The notes beneath the pieces were generated by a model that was given only the letters and a program-made list of their open reading frames with translations, had not been told where the DNA came from and searched no databases. A DNA stretch of 64,000 bases from Nitrospirota bacterium (lineage in GTDB: Bacteria > Nitrospirota > UBA9217). The stretch is from NCBI GenBank assembly GCA_963796285.1, contig CAWCKW010000012.1, forward strand, positions 1,760,001 through 1,824,000, in the 5' to 3' direction. Shown here in pieces: positions 52,648 through 62,718 of this stretch. A program made the translations under genes and the position numbers. Numbering within the stretch: position 1 is the first letter of the stretch; each line of letters starts with the position of its first letter.

Positions 52648-52708
52648 GGCGGGGTCATTTTACCACGGATTCGGCTCGGTGAGAAACGAAGATATAAAAC
52701 AATGTGGC

Positions 52709-52812
52709 TCACACGAAGACACGATGCCACAAAGAACACAAACGACAAATACGCCTTTTGTTTAAAACCAGGTTCTAAATATTTTCTTCGTGCCTTTGTG
52801 GCTTCGTGTGAG
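52709..52812. repeat. Inverted element with CACGAAG/CTTCGTG periodic arms
   Basis: tcacacgaagacacgatgccacaaagaacac ... cttcgtgcctttgtggcttcgtgtga; spacer resembles that of 42415-42460. Confidence 0.65.
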
Positions 52813-52914
52813 ATAGATCTCAGAAGTTTCATTCACTTTTTATCAATGTCTAATCTCACGGCGGACATTTGTGGTATGAAGGTACAAAATTGTCGAAGCC
52901 ATGATGAATAGCAA

Positions 52915-52927
52915 AATCAACCAGTTA
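52915..52927 (+). promoter_or_regulatory. IHF-like binding site
   Basis: AATCAACCAGTTA matches WATCAANNNNTTR. Confidence 0.5.
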
Positions 52928-53029
52928 ATTAATAAAGGCCGGAAAATCATTCGACAAAATTTTCCGTCCTCTTTCCCATTCAATCCCCTATATGCTACAA
53001 ACTTATATAAAACCAGCATGTTATGTGTT

Positions 53030-53045
53030 TGGCATGCTTGTTGTA
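53030..53045 (+). promoter_or_regulatory. Sigma54 (-24/-12) promoter
   Basis: TGGCATG-CTTG-TTGTA vs consensus TGGCACG-N4-TTGCW. Confidence 0.6.
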
Positions 53046-53199
53046 ATAGAAAGTACCAGAGCATGAACGATGGGCGCTGTCATCCCCCCCCCTTTTTCCT
53101 CCTTTACCGGAGGATAACCCCTGGCAGCGTCCATTGTTCTGCTTCTTTACAAAGTAGCCAAAATGAAACCGAATGACCGGAAGCGTGAAGGAGATTACA

Positions 53200-53538
53200 A
53201 TGTTTTTTAATACCAATAGATGTCAGAACATAGGACCTGAAGATCTGATCGAAAAAAGAGAGGCGGGTGAGGACTTTCTCCTGCTCGACGTGCGGACCCC
53301 CCAGGAACACGCTGCGCAGGCCATCACGGGGTCTTACCTGCTCCCGCTCCAGGACCTCGGCAGCCGGATCGATGAGCTGCCGAAAAATAAAGAGATCGTG
53401 GTCTACTGCAGGGTCGGGAACAGAAGCGCCTATGCCTGTTCGTATCTTTCGCGCATGGGATACAACGTAAAAAATCTTGAAGGCGGGATCATGACATGGA
53501 ATCTGACCGAACATGCTTCGATGACCAGGGCGTCATAA
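53200..53538 (+). CDS. Single-domain rhodanese-like protein
   Basis: LLDVRTPQE, VVYCRVGNRS, NLEGGIMTW; AAGGAG RBS. Confidence 0.9.
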   Translation: MFFNTNRCQNIGPEDLIEKREAGEDFLLLDVRTPQEHAAQAITGSYLLPLQDLGSRIDELPKNKEIVVYCRVGNRSAYACSYLSRMGYNVKNLEGGIMTWNLTEHASMTRAS

Positions 53539-54890
53539 TGAAAAGCAGCGCGTGCAGGATCACACTGTTCGCAACGTATCTGATCCTGACCACACTGTTG
53601 ACCTTTATCGTAGCAGCCTACAGCTACGCTGCCGAGACATTGGCACTTGATCAGGCGATCGACATGGCGCTCAAGCACAACCCGGGGCTCAAGGCCGCTG
53701 ACGCGCAGGTAGACGCCGCCGATGCAGGCGTGCTCAGGTCCGCGTCCGGGTTTCTGCCCAAGGTGACGGCGTCAGAGACCTGGAGCAGGACCGACAGCCC
53801 GCTCATGGCGCTCGGAACCAAGTTGAACCGGGAGATCGTGACACCCGCGGATTTTGATCCCTCCGTCATGAACCACCCGGACGCTATCTCGAATTACAAC
53901 ACGAGGCTGGCGGTCATGCAGCCGATCTGGAGCGGCGGGAAAGAATATGTCGGAAGAAAACAGGCAACGCTCGCCAGGGAAGCATCGATCCAGGACCGCG
54001 AGCGAGCGCGTCAGGAGACGGTTTTCAACGTGATCAAGGCATACTACGGTGTGCTGCTTGCCAAAGAATATTACAAGGTAGCTGTCCAGTCGCTCGAAAC
54101 AACGGCGGCAACCGTCACCTTAGCTGAAGCTCGCTACAAAGCAGGGGCGGTCCTCCAGTCGGACCTTCTCCGGGCCACTGTGCAGCGTGCCGAGGTCCAG
54201 GAGATGGCAACGCGCTCCCAGAACAGCGTAAAGCTCGCGATCGCAGGGCTCAATTTCGCCATGGGCGTGCCGCAAGGTACGGAGTACGAAGTCATAGGGG
54301 CGCTTTCAACCCAGGACATGATAACAGGGATGGATGCCATGCTTGAGGAGGCCGCTACTAAACGTCCGGACCTCATGTCCATGGAACTGAACCGCGGGAA
54401 TGCCGAGACGTCGGTGACGATGGCGCGCGCTGATTACCTCCCGAGCCTGAACCTTATGGGCCAGATGGACTGGAACAGCGACAAGCCTGCAGGCGATGAG
54501 GCAAAGAGCTGGGCAGTGATGGCAGTGCTCCAGTGGAACCTCTTCGATGGGCTGGTGACCAGATCGAAGGTGAAGGAAGCTCTCGCGACAAGCAGCAGGA
54601 TGAGATCGCTGGAAGAACAGACCCGGTCGGCGGTGCAGCTCCAGGTCAGGCAGGCCTACTTCAATCTTACCGCGTCCCTCGACCGGATAGCGGCAACCTC
54701 GTCATCGGTCCAGGAGGCGGAGGAAGGCCTCAGGATCGTGCAGAAACGTTATGAAGTCGGCATGACCACCTTCGTCGACGTGCTTGGCGCGGAGACCTCA
54801 CTCATACGGGCGCGCACGAATGTGCTCCAGGCGCTGTACGATAACAACATCGCGCAGGCTGAGTTGAAGCTCGCAGTGGGAACGTTGTAA
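53538..54890 (+). CDS. TolC-family outer-membrane efflux protein
   Basis: ALKHNP, QPIWSGG, RYKAG, RPDL, WNLFDG, RYEVG. Confidence 0.9.
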   Translation: MKSSACRITLFATYLILTTLLTFIVAAYSYAAETLALDQAIDMALKHNPGLKAADAQVDAADAGVLRSASGFLPKVTASETWSRTDSPLMALGTKLNREIVTPADFDPSVMNHPDAISNYNTRLAVMQPIWSGGKEYVGRKQATLAREASIQDRERARQETVFNVIKAYYGVLLAKEYYKVAVQSLETTAATVTLAEARYKAGAVLQSDLLRATVQRAEVQEMATRSQNSVKLAIAGLNFAMGVPQGTEYEVIGALSTQDMITGMDAMLEEAATKRPDLMSMELNRGNAETSVTMARADYLPSLNLMGQMDWNSDKPAGDEAKSWAVMAVLQWNLFDGLVTRSKVKEALATSSRMRSLEEQTRSAVQLQVRQAYFNLTASLDRIAATSSSVQEAEEGLRIVQKRYEVGMTTFVDVLGAETSLIRARTNVLQALYDNNIAQAELKLAVGTL

Positions 54891-54968
54891 GGACAGGAGA
54901 CAGAGGTCAGGGTTCGGAGTTCGGCAGTTCGAAGTATCACAACGCAATACAGGAAGGAAGATAAGACC

Positions 54969-56029
54969 ATGGATAAAATAAGATCGCATGGATACAGCAT
55001 TTCCCTTGTAGCGCAGCAATTGCAGTGCTCGGCGCCGGCTACCTGTTCTTCAGAGAAGAAAACAGCTATGCCGAAGCGCCAAAGGCCGAAGCGCCGGTGT
55101 CAGTGGCTGCCGTCATTGTGGAACCGAAGATCATTGACTCCGTGGTAACAGCGGCAGGGGCCTTGAGTTCCAAGAACACCTCGGTGCTTTCGAGCAAGAT
55201 CATGGGCAGGGTGGTCCGCCTCAGCGTGCAGGAAGGCGACCGCGTTGACGCAGGCAAACTGCTGATGAAGATCGACAGCGGCGAGATCACGGCCCAGGCG
55301 ATCCAGGCCAGGGCAGCATACAACAACGCCAGGCTCCAGTATGACCGGATCAAGAGCCTCTATGACGCGAAGGCATCGACCCAGATGGAGATGGACCAGG
55401 CGACCCTCGGACTGGAGAACGCGCAGGCCGGCCTGCAGGCGGCAAAGGCCATGGAAAGCTATACCATCATTACCGCGCCCATCTCGGGCCAGATCGTGGA
55501 GAAACGTATCAACCTCGGTGAGATGGCGCTCCCCGGCCAGCCCCTCATCAAGATCGAGGACAACAGGAACCTGCGGCTCGAGGTGACCGTGAAGGATCTG
55601 GACATCCTCTCCATTCAGCCCGGCAAACCGGTCAAGGTCCAGATCGATGCCATGCCCGGTGTGGAGATCAGCGGCATTGTGTCACAGGTGGTCCAGGCCT
55701 CGGATGTGCGGACCCATTCGTTCATCGTGAAGGTCGACATCCCGGCGCGCAAGGGGCTCATTACCGGCATGTATGGCAAGGCGTTCTTCACCATCGGCAA
55801 ACGTGAGGCCATCCTGGTCCCAAAGAGCGCCGTGGTTGAAATGTCCGGAATCTCGGGCGTGTATATCGTCTCCGGTGACCGGGGTGCCGTGTTCCAGATG
55901 ATCCAGGTCGGCGAGGAGCGCGGAAATTTCGTGGAAGTGATCTCGGGCCTTAAAAAAGGCGACCAGGTGATCAGCGATAAGCACCTCGGCAGAATGGATG
56001 GGAAAAAGGTCGTGGTTGCGCAGAATTAA
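54969..56029 (+). CDS. RND efflux periplasmic adaptor (5' end frameshifted)
   Basis: SSKIMGRV..VQEGD.V, ITAPISG, PGQPL, ILVPKSAV, VEVISGL; RBS-preceded ATG 54969 is out of frame with ORF 55025. Confidence 0.88.
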
Positions 56030-56278
56030 CGATCGACGAAAAGCCGTCAAAGGGGCATCTCGCGCAAAGCCGTAGCCTGCTGTTGCCCCCTGCTCTTGCG
56101 ATAGCGCGGGACAAGCCAAAACGCGGCCATAAACAAAGGCGCAAAGAACGTCAGAACTTTGGAATATAGAGTAAACCAAAACCAGGATTTGCTTTCCTTT
56201 GCGACTTGGCGTCTTTGCGCGAAAAAGTTTTTGCATTTTGTCCGTTCGTACCTGCGTAGATATAAATAAGGATTAAAC

Positions 56279-59200
56279 ATGAAACTCAATATCAGCGGCA
56301 AGATAACCCAATACTTCATCAATTCCCAGCTCACCGTGCTGCTCATGGCGGCAACGGCGCTGCTCGGGCTCTTCGCCCTTATTTACACTCCCCGTGAGGA
56401 AAATCCCCAGATCGTCGTCCCCGCTGCGAACGTGATGGTCATGATGCCGGGCTCCTCTGCCAAAGAAGTGGAAGAGCTCGTGTCCAAACGGCTCGAGTCC
56501 ATTCTCTGGGAGATCCCCGGCGTCGAGGACGTGTACTCGGTCTCGATGAACTCCATGGCCGTGGTGACCGTGAAGTTCTTCGTGGGACAGGACAAAGAGC
56601 GGTCCATGGTGAAGCTCTACGACAAGATCATGTCCCATATGGATTTTGCGCCTCCCGGAGCGTCCCAGCCGCTGGTGAAGCCCATTGACGTGGACGATGT
56701 GCCGATCGTTGCCATCACGCTCTCTCCGGAAAACGGAAGCGCCTATGACGATGCGCAGCTCAGGCTCGTGGCCGACAACGTGCTCGACGAGCTCAGAAAG
56801 GTCCCCGGCGTCGGCAACACAACGGTCATCGGCGGACGCAGCCGCCAGGTGCGCGTGGTCCTCGACCCGCTCCGCATCGCAGGCTACGGCCTGTCGCCGC
56901 TCCAGATCGCAGGGGCCATCACCCAGTCGAACGCCAATCTTCTATCCGGTGAGCTTGAGCAGGGCAGCAGAAAGATCACCCTCGAGACCGGCGGCTTCTT
57001 TACCCGGGCAAGCGATGTACGGAACGCCGTGGTCGGCGTTGCGAACAACAAGCCTGTCTATCTCGGCGATGTTGCCGAGGTTTCGGACGGGTTCGAGGAG
57101 ACCGTAAAACTCACGCGCATCGCTTTCAACAATCATCATGCCGCGCATGCGGACATCAAGGAGAACAGCGAGGGTGCGGCAGGCGAACGCCCAGCCGTGA
57201 CCCTGGCCCTGGCCAAACGGCAGAAGCTGAACGCTGTTAAGATCTCGGACCAGATCCTTGCAAAGCTCGATGAATTGAAAAAAACCAGCATCCCGCCGGG
57301 AATCCGCGTGACTGTTACCCGGAACGACGGCAAGACGGCCAACAACGCGGTGAACGAGCTGGTCTTCCACCTAGCGGTCTCGATCATCGTCGTGATCATC
57401 CTGCTGTTCCTGACCCTCGGTTGGCGCGAGGCAGCCATCGTGGCGCTCGCCATACCGCTCACACTCTTCATCACCCTTGCCATAGGCATGCTGGCGGGGC
57501 AGACCATCAACCGGATAACGCTCTTCGCGCTCATCCTTTCCCTTGGTCTTCTGGTCGATGATGCCATCGTGGTGGTCGAGAACATCCATCGCCATTACAA
57601 GCTTCAGCAGCATTCGAGACTGCAGGGCGCGATCATGGCCGTGAACGAGATCGGCATGCCGACCATCCTCGCGACCATAACCGTGGTGCTGGCGTTCATC
57701 CCCATGGCGTTCGTCACGGGCATGATGGGCTCCTACATGAAGCCGATCCCCTTTAATGTGCCCGTGGCAATGGTCACGTCTCTCTTCGTGGCCTTCATCG
57801 TGACGCCCTGGGCGAGCTACCGTATCATGAAGACCGACCATCAGGGGGAACAGCCGCTGCCGCTGGAGGATACGAAGCTCTATAAGGGCTATAAGAAGAT
57901 ACTCGGGCCGCTGCTCGAGAACCCCGGCAAGCGCAAACTGTTCATGAGCATCATCATCGGCCTGTTCCTGATCACCATGACCTTTCCGCTCGTGCAGTTG
58001 GTGAAATTCCGTATGCTGCCCAAGGCGAACAAGAACACGTTCCTGGTCTCGATCGACATGCCTGCGGGCACGGCGCTCGAGAACACGGACCGCGTAGCCA
58101 GGACCATAGGCGAATATCTCGGCCGCATTCCCGAAGTGAAGGACTACGAGACCTTTGTAGGCACCGGCTCGGTGATGGACTTCAACGGCCTGCTCAGGGG
58201 CAGCGCGTTCCGCGAGGCGAGCCACTTCGCCGACGTGCGCGTGAACCTCGTCGATAAGGAAGAGCGTTCGATTTCGAGCGAGAAACTGGTGCTCAAGATG
58301 CGGCCCGACATCACCAAAATTGCGCAGGAATACGATGCGAACATCAAGCTGGTGGAAGACCCGCCCGGACCACCGGTGCGCGCCACCGTAATGGCCGAGA
58401 TCAGCGGCCCGGATTACAATACCCAGCGCGAGATCGCCGGGGACATCAAGGCGCTTTTCGCGAAAACGGACCAGGTCGTGGATATCGACGACAGCGTGAA
58501 GGAAAACCAGGAAAAATACCAGCTCATCGTTGACAAGGAAAAGGCGGCGCTCGCGGGCATCTCCACGGAACAGATCGTCCAGACCCTTCGCATGTCCGTA
58601 GCTGGCATGGCGATCTCGACCCTGCATAAGTCTGACGCAAAGAACCCGATCGCCATCTTCCTTCGGCTTCCCAAGGAAGAGCGCTCAAGGATGTCGGATA
58701 TGGACAAGGTGTACGTTTCGGGTCCGCAGGGCAGCCAGGTGGCGCTCTCGTCGCTCGTGAAGGTGGTCTCGTCGGAAATGGACAACGCCATCTATCACAA
58801 GAACCTGGAACCGGTAACGTATGTATATGGAGAAATGGGGGCCCGGAGCCAGGTCTATGCAGTGATCGATATGATGAAGCATCTCCACAGGAATCCACTC
58901 CCTGCGGGGTATACGATCAAGTGGGACGGCGAGATGAAGCTGACCCTTGATGTGTTCCGCGATCTGGGAGCGGCCATGGGCGTGGCGCTCATCGCCATCT
59001 ATCTCCTGCTCGTGGGCAGGTTCCGGTCCTTTACGATCCCGGTGGTCATCATGGCGGCGATCCCGCTCTCGATGATCGGCATCATGCCGGGCTTCGCCAT
59101 GACCGGCGTGTACTTCAGCGCAACGTCGATGATCGGCGTGATCGCCCTGGCGGGGATCGTGGTCAGGAACTCCATCGTGCTCCTGGAGTTCATTCTCGAC

Positions 59201-59443
59201 AAAAAGCACGAGGGACTGCCGCTCGCGCAGGCGCTGATCGAGGCAGGGGCTATCCGGACCCGGCCGATCGTGCTGACGGCAGCGGCTGCGATCCTGGGTT
59301 CGGCCGTGATCGTGACCGACCCGGTCTGGTCCGGTCTCGCCCTGGCGCTCATTTTCGGAATGCTGGCGTCCACGGCCCTCACCCTGGTGGTGATCCCGGT
59401 CTTCTACTATATGGTTGAAAAAAAGAACTGGGAGAACGCGTAA
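56279..59443 (+). CDS. RND efflux permease (AcrB/CusA superfamily)
   Basis: PREENPQI, INRITLFALILSLGLLVDDAIVVVENI, GIVVRNSI, RTRPIVLT. Confidence 0.95.
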   Translation: MKLNISGKITQYFINSQLTVLLMAATALLGLFALIYTPREENPQIVVPAANVMVMMPGSSAKEVEELVSKRLESILWEIPGVEDVYSVSMNSMAVVTVKFFVGQDKERSMVKLYDKIMSHMDFAPPGASQPLVKPIDVDDVPIVAITLSPENGSAYDDAQLRLVADNVLDELRKVPGVGNTTVIGGRSRQVRVVLDPLRIAGYGLSPLQIAGAITQSNANLLSGELEQGSRKITLETGGFFTRASDVRNAVVGVANNKPVYLGDVAEVSDGFEETVKLTRIAFNNHHAAHADIKENSEGAAGERPAVTLALAKRQKLNAVKISDQILAKLDELKKTSIPPGIRVTVTRNDGKTANNAVNELVFHLAVSIIVVIILLFLTLGWREAAIVALAIPLTLFITLAIGMLAGQTINRITLFALILSLGLLVDDAIVVVENIHRHYKLQQHSRLQGAIMAVNEIGMPTILATITVVLAFIPMAFVTGMMGSYMKPIPFNVPVAMVTSLFVAFIVTPWASYRIMKTDHQGEQPLPLEDTKLYKGYKKILGPLLENPGKRKLFMSIIIGLFLITMTFPLVQLVKFRMLPKANKNTFLVSIDMPAGTALENTDRVARTIGEYLGRIPEVKDYETFVGTGSVMDFNGLLRGSAFREASHFADVRVNLVDKEERSISSEKLVLKMRPDITKIAQEYDANIKLVEDPPGPPVRATVMAEISGPDYNTQREIAGDIKALFAKTDQVVDIDDSVKENQEKYQLIVDKEKAALAGISTEQIVQTLRMSVAGMAISTLHKSDAKNPIAIFLRLPKEERSRMSDMDKVYVSGPQGSQVALSSLVKVVSSEMDNAIYHKNLEPVTYVYGEMGARSQVYAVIDMMKHLHRNPLPAGYTIKWDGEMKLTLDVFRDLGAAMGVALIAIYLLLVGRFRSFTIPVVIMAAIPLSMIGIMPGFAMTGVYFSATSMIGVIALAGIVVRNSIVLLEFILDKKHEGLPLAQALIEAGAIRTRPIVLTAAAAILGSAVIVTDPVWSGLALALIFGMLASTALTLVVIPVFYYMVEKKNWENA

Positions 59444-59447
59444 TGAA

Positions 59448-59541
59448 TTGCGGATTGCGGATCTCGGATTTCGGATTTTAAATCCGCATTCCGCAATCTG
59501 TTTATGCCAGCGCTCTCGCAAGAGCAGGTACAATCCGCAAT
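59448..59541. repeat. TTGCGGA/TCCGCAA 7-nt periodic inverted element with 30-bp hairpin insert
   Basis: ttgcggattgcggatctcggatttcggattt / aatccgcattccgcaatctg[tttatgccagcgctctcgcaagagcaggta]caatccgcaat. Confidence 0.7.
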
Positions 59542-59557
59542 AAAACCGGAGGTTCAT

Positions 59558-60298
59558 ATGTCAAATACATGTGTAAGTTCTGATTGCAAGGACTGGATCA
59601 TCACCGTGACGATCGATAATCCGCCGGATAATTACCTGGACAAGGATGTCCTTTCAGGGTTGAACAAGACCGTCAGTGAGATAATCTCATCCAGGACCGA
59701 CCTTCGCGTGGTGCTGCTCACGGCAAAAGGGAAAAACTTCTCAGCAGGCATCGACTACGCCCGGTTCGTGAACATAACCAAGGAGGAGGCGGGCCATGTT
59801 GCCGAAGTGGGATACAGCCTGCTGAAGAACATCGAGAACCTTCCGATCCCGGTGATCGCCGCGGTCAAGGGCGAGACCACGGGAGCGGGCCTCGGCCTGG
59901 CGCTCGCGGCGGACATTCGGATCGCATCATCGGACGCGGTATTTTCGTTCCCTGAGGCGCAGTTCGGCGTGCCGCCTGTATTCGGGTCGTCGCAGAGATT
60001 GTATAAGACCATCGGCATCGGCCGGGCCAAAGAGCTGCTTTTCACCGGCCGGACAGTGGACGCTGAAGAAGCTCTCAGGATTGGACTCGTGAACAAGGTG
60101 GTCCCGCTCGATGCCCTCGACGAGGAAGCGAACCGGCTCGCGGTAAAGATCGGGGGAAACAGCATGAGTTCCCTGCGATCAATCAAGATGCTCGTGAACT
60201 TCGGACTGAACGAGGGCTACGAGGTCGGCCTGCAGCAGGAGGTCACTGCGTTCAGCGAAGCGTTCAATCTGGACACAAAGCAGTGGGAGCGGCTATAA
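59558..60298 (+). CDS. Enoyl-CoA hydratase/isomerase family
   Basis: FSAGID, PVIAAVKG, DIRIAS, FPEAQFG, AKELLFTG, EALRIGLVN. Confidence 0.88.
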   Translation: MSNTCVSSDCKDWIITVTIDNPPDNYLDKDVLSGLNKTVSEIISSRTDLRVVLLTAKGKNFSAGIDYARFVNITKEEAGHVAEVGYSLLKNIENLPIPVIAAVKGETTGAGLGLALAADIRIASSDAVFSFPEAQFGVPPVFGSSQRLYKTIGIGRAKELLFTGRTVDAEEALRIGLVNKVVPLDALDEEANRLAVKIGGNSMSSLRSIKMLVNFGLNEGYEVGLQQEVTAFSEAFNLDTKQWERL

Positions 60299-60396
60299 TA
60301 AGAAGATCACGAAAGCACGTATTTGGGGAAACCGGATTCAAGGCATTTCCGTCGCGGATAAAAGCTGCGGGAAAACAAGAAGGGGAGGGAGAAAAA

Positions 60397-60825
60397 ATGA
60401 ATATCAGTGCGTGGCATATCATGCGGGAGAAGATCAAGGTGGGGCCCGACGCAACAGCGAGGGAGGTTACGATGAAGATCATCTCATCGGGACTGGCAGC
60501 AATGCCGGTCGTAGGTGACGCTCAGGAGGTCCTGGGTGTCGTATCGGAGAACGCAATTCTGGACGCGATACGGGAAGGCCAGGACCTGGAAAGCATCCCG
60601 GCGTCAAAAATCATGGTGCCTGCGCCGATCATCGCCGATGCAGTCACCTCGACAGACGAGCTTATTAACCTGCTTCTGAAGAGCTGCTGTTCCATCGTCG
60701 TGGTCGTGAAGGACAAAAAGTATGTCGGTGTGGTGAGCCGCCACATGCTGATGGATATCTTCACATCCCCGCACTATTCGCGTTTTGCCGCAAAAGACAG
60801 GAAGTCGCCGTTCGCCTGCAAGTAA
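60397..60825 (+). CDS. CBS-domain protein
   Basis: MPVV...LGVVSE, IM, VVV..K.VGVVSR. Confidence 0.8.
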   Translation: MNISAWHIMREKIKVGPDATAREVTMKIISSGLAAMPVVGDAQEVLGVVSENAILDAIREGQDLESIPASKIMVPAPIIADAVTSTDELINLLLKSCCSIVVVVKDKKYVGVVSRHMLMDIFTSPHYSRFAAKDRKSPFACK

Positions 60826-60940
60826 GACAACAAGGGCCTCGGGTCAGGCGGTCAGGACTCCCGGGCTCCTCAGTCCATTCATGCACCCGAATTGCCCTCT
60901 TTTCAGCGGCTTCGGAGGCGCCAGGCACGCCATTTTCACC

Positions 60941-60969
60941 TTGACAGGCCTCTGCCCGATGAGTATTAT
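60941..60969 (+). promoter_or_regulatory. Sigma70-type promoter
   Basis: TTGACA-17-TATTAT upstream of the FmdB-like gene. Confidence 0.65.
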
Positions 60970-61042
60970 GCTGTATCTGGCAGGCGCGTAAGCGTGGCAA
61001 ATGCCAGTATAATTGGAACATTTGTTGAAAGGAGTACACACC

Positions 61043-61246
61043 ATGCCGTTTTATGAATACGTATGCGAAAGTTGCAAAAAAGAGTTCGTGCTTTTGCAGT
61101 CCATGACCGCAAAAGCTGAGGATACTGTCTGCCCCTATTGCAACGAGAAAAAAGCCAGGAAGCTCGTGTCCACATTCTCGTCCAGTGGCAGCGGCGCGGT
61201 CTGCAGCACCGGGGGACATTCCTGGGGCGGCGGCTGAGGTAGCTGA
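61043..61246 (+). CDS. FmdB-family zinc-ribbon protein; ends at TGA 61235-37 or reads it as Sec to TGA 61244-46
   Basis: MPFYEYVCESC...CPYC...KLVSTF; AAGGAG RBS; tail GGG-TGA-GS-TGA followed by a hairpin. Confidence 0.8.
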
Positions 61247-61279
61247 TCGCTCCGCCGTGCGCGGATCAATAACACCAGC

Positions 61280-61312
61280 AGCCTGAGAGTCATAGGATTC
61301 TCAGGCTTTTTT
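61280..61312 (+). terminator. Intrinsic terminator
   Basis: agcctgaga...tctcaggct followed by a T-tract. Confidence 0.8.
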
Positions 61313-61350
61313 GTGCAACGAGAGGTCGTGAACAAATCATCTGGCGCCAA

Positions 61351-61545
61351 ATTGATGATCTGGTAACGATGCATAATCTACCGCGGAGACCCGGAGAAAT
61401 ACATGTTGAATATAATGAGGATTTTCTCTGCGTCTCTGCTTGTGCCCGCGTTTTGGCTTGTCCCCGCGCTATCGCAAGAGCAGGGGGCAACAGCAGGGTA
61501 CGTCTCAGCGGTTAAATTCGATTTATGAATGTGGATCCACCAAAT
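61351..61545. mobile_element. Composite palindromic element with doubly nested hairpin insert
   Basis: Homolog of 40903-41040 carrying an extra 62 bp at 61439-61500. Confidence 0.65.
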
Positions 61546-61559
61546 TTGAAATCTACAGT

Positions 61560-62480
61560 ATGAACACCGTCACCCTCAAAACATTCCTCCATCCCCGGTA
61601 CTGGTATGCATGGCCGGTCCTGGCGCTCATGCTCGTCATGAGCTGGATGCCTTCACGCGTGCTCTGGGTCCTGGGCAGCGGACTCGGTGCGTTCGTGTCC
61701 TGGTTCCCTACCTCCAACCGCCGCTTTGCCGAGCGCAATATCGAGCTTTGCTTTCCGGAAATGGGCACACAGGATCGCATTCATCTCGTGAAACAGCATT
61801 TTCGCTTGACTGGTTTTGCCATGATAAGCCTCAGCGTAGCCTGGTTTGCGCCACGATGGAGAGTCGAACGATTTATCACCCTGCGCCATCAGCATCTGCT
61901 GGATGAGGCGCTGGCAAGCGGGAAAAAGGTCATCCTGTTCGCACCACATTTCATCAGCCTGGACATGGGAGGCGCCCGCCTGTCTGCAATGAGGGACAGG
62001 AAGTTCGTCAGCATGTACCGCAAATCCAGGGACCCCTTGCTCGAATACCTGTTCCAGCGACGGGGCAGGTTTGGCGGCGTGGTGGTGGAACGTATGGCCA
62101 GCTTGAGACTGATCATCCGCGCTATCAGGGAAGGGCGGGTTTTTTACTACCTGCCGGACCAGGACATGGGGGAGCGCGCGAGCGTCTTTGTTCCCTTCTT
62201 CGGCATCCCCACGGCGACCGTCACTACGCTCAGCCGCATTGCAGAGACCTCGAACGCCGTGGTCATCCCCTGCCTTACCCGCATCCTGCCGCACGGCCGC
62301 GGTTACGAGGTGATCCTGCACCCGCCGTTAGAGAACTTCCCTACCAGTGACCCTGTTGCCGATGCACGGTACATGAACGAGCAGATCGAGCAGTGGGTCC
62401 GCGAAATGCCGGACCAGTACATGTGGTCCTACCGCCGCTTCAAGACCCGGCCGAACAACGAGCCGTCGTTCTACGAATAA
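61560..62480 (+). CDS. Lipid A lauroyl/myristoyl acyltransferase (LpxL family)
   Basis: NIELCFPE, PHFISLD (HxxxxD), YLPDQD, FVPFFG, PDQYMWSYRRFKTRP. Confidence 0.92.
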   Translation: MNTVTLKTFLHPRYWYAWPVLALMLVMSWMPSRVLWVLGSGLGAFVSWFPTSNRRFAERNIELCFPEMGTQDRIHLVKQHFRLTGFAMISLSVAWFAPRWRVERFITLRHQHLLDEALASGKKVILFAPHFISLDMGGARLSAMRDRKFVSMYRKSRDPLLEYLFQRRGRFGGVVVERMASLRLIIRAIREGRVFYYLPDQDMGERASVFVPFFGIPTATVTTLSRIAETSNAVVIPCLTRILPHGRGYEVILHPPLENFPTSDPVADARYMNEQIEQWVREMPDQYMWSYRRFKTRPNNEPSFYE

Positions 62481-62718
62481 GATCCCTGCATCAATGCCGT
62501 ACTGTGAAATAATCTGCCGATCGACTTGCCGCAAGAGCAACGAATATACGGGATGGAAGCACTGTCCGGATTATTGGCTGGTGTATGAACGTTCGAAGAG
62601 GTTTGCTGATCTTCAGGAAATGGTTTGGATCTCGGACGTCGCTACGGGCAAACGACTTTATTTGACGGAGCGATCCCGCGTGGTTACGCTGAATGCGGCT
62701 GGCCAGAGCGTGCCGCCC

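Noticed and set aside
50827-52911. 694-aa plus-strand ORF and other long antisense ORFs (e.g. 57371..58627, 3621..4613)
   Set aside because: Shadow frames opposite well-supported genes in GC-rich DNA, with no recognisable motifs.
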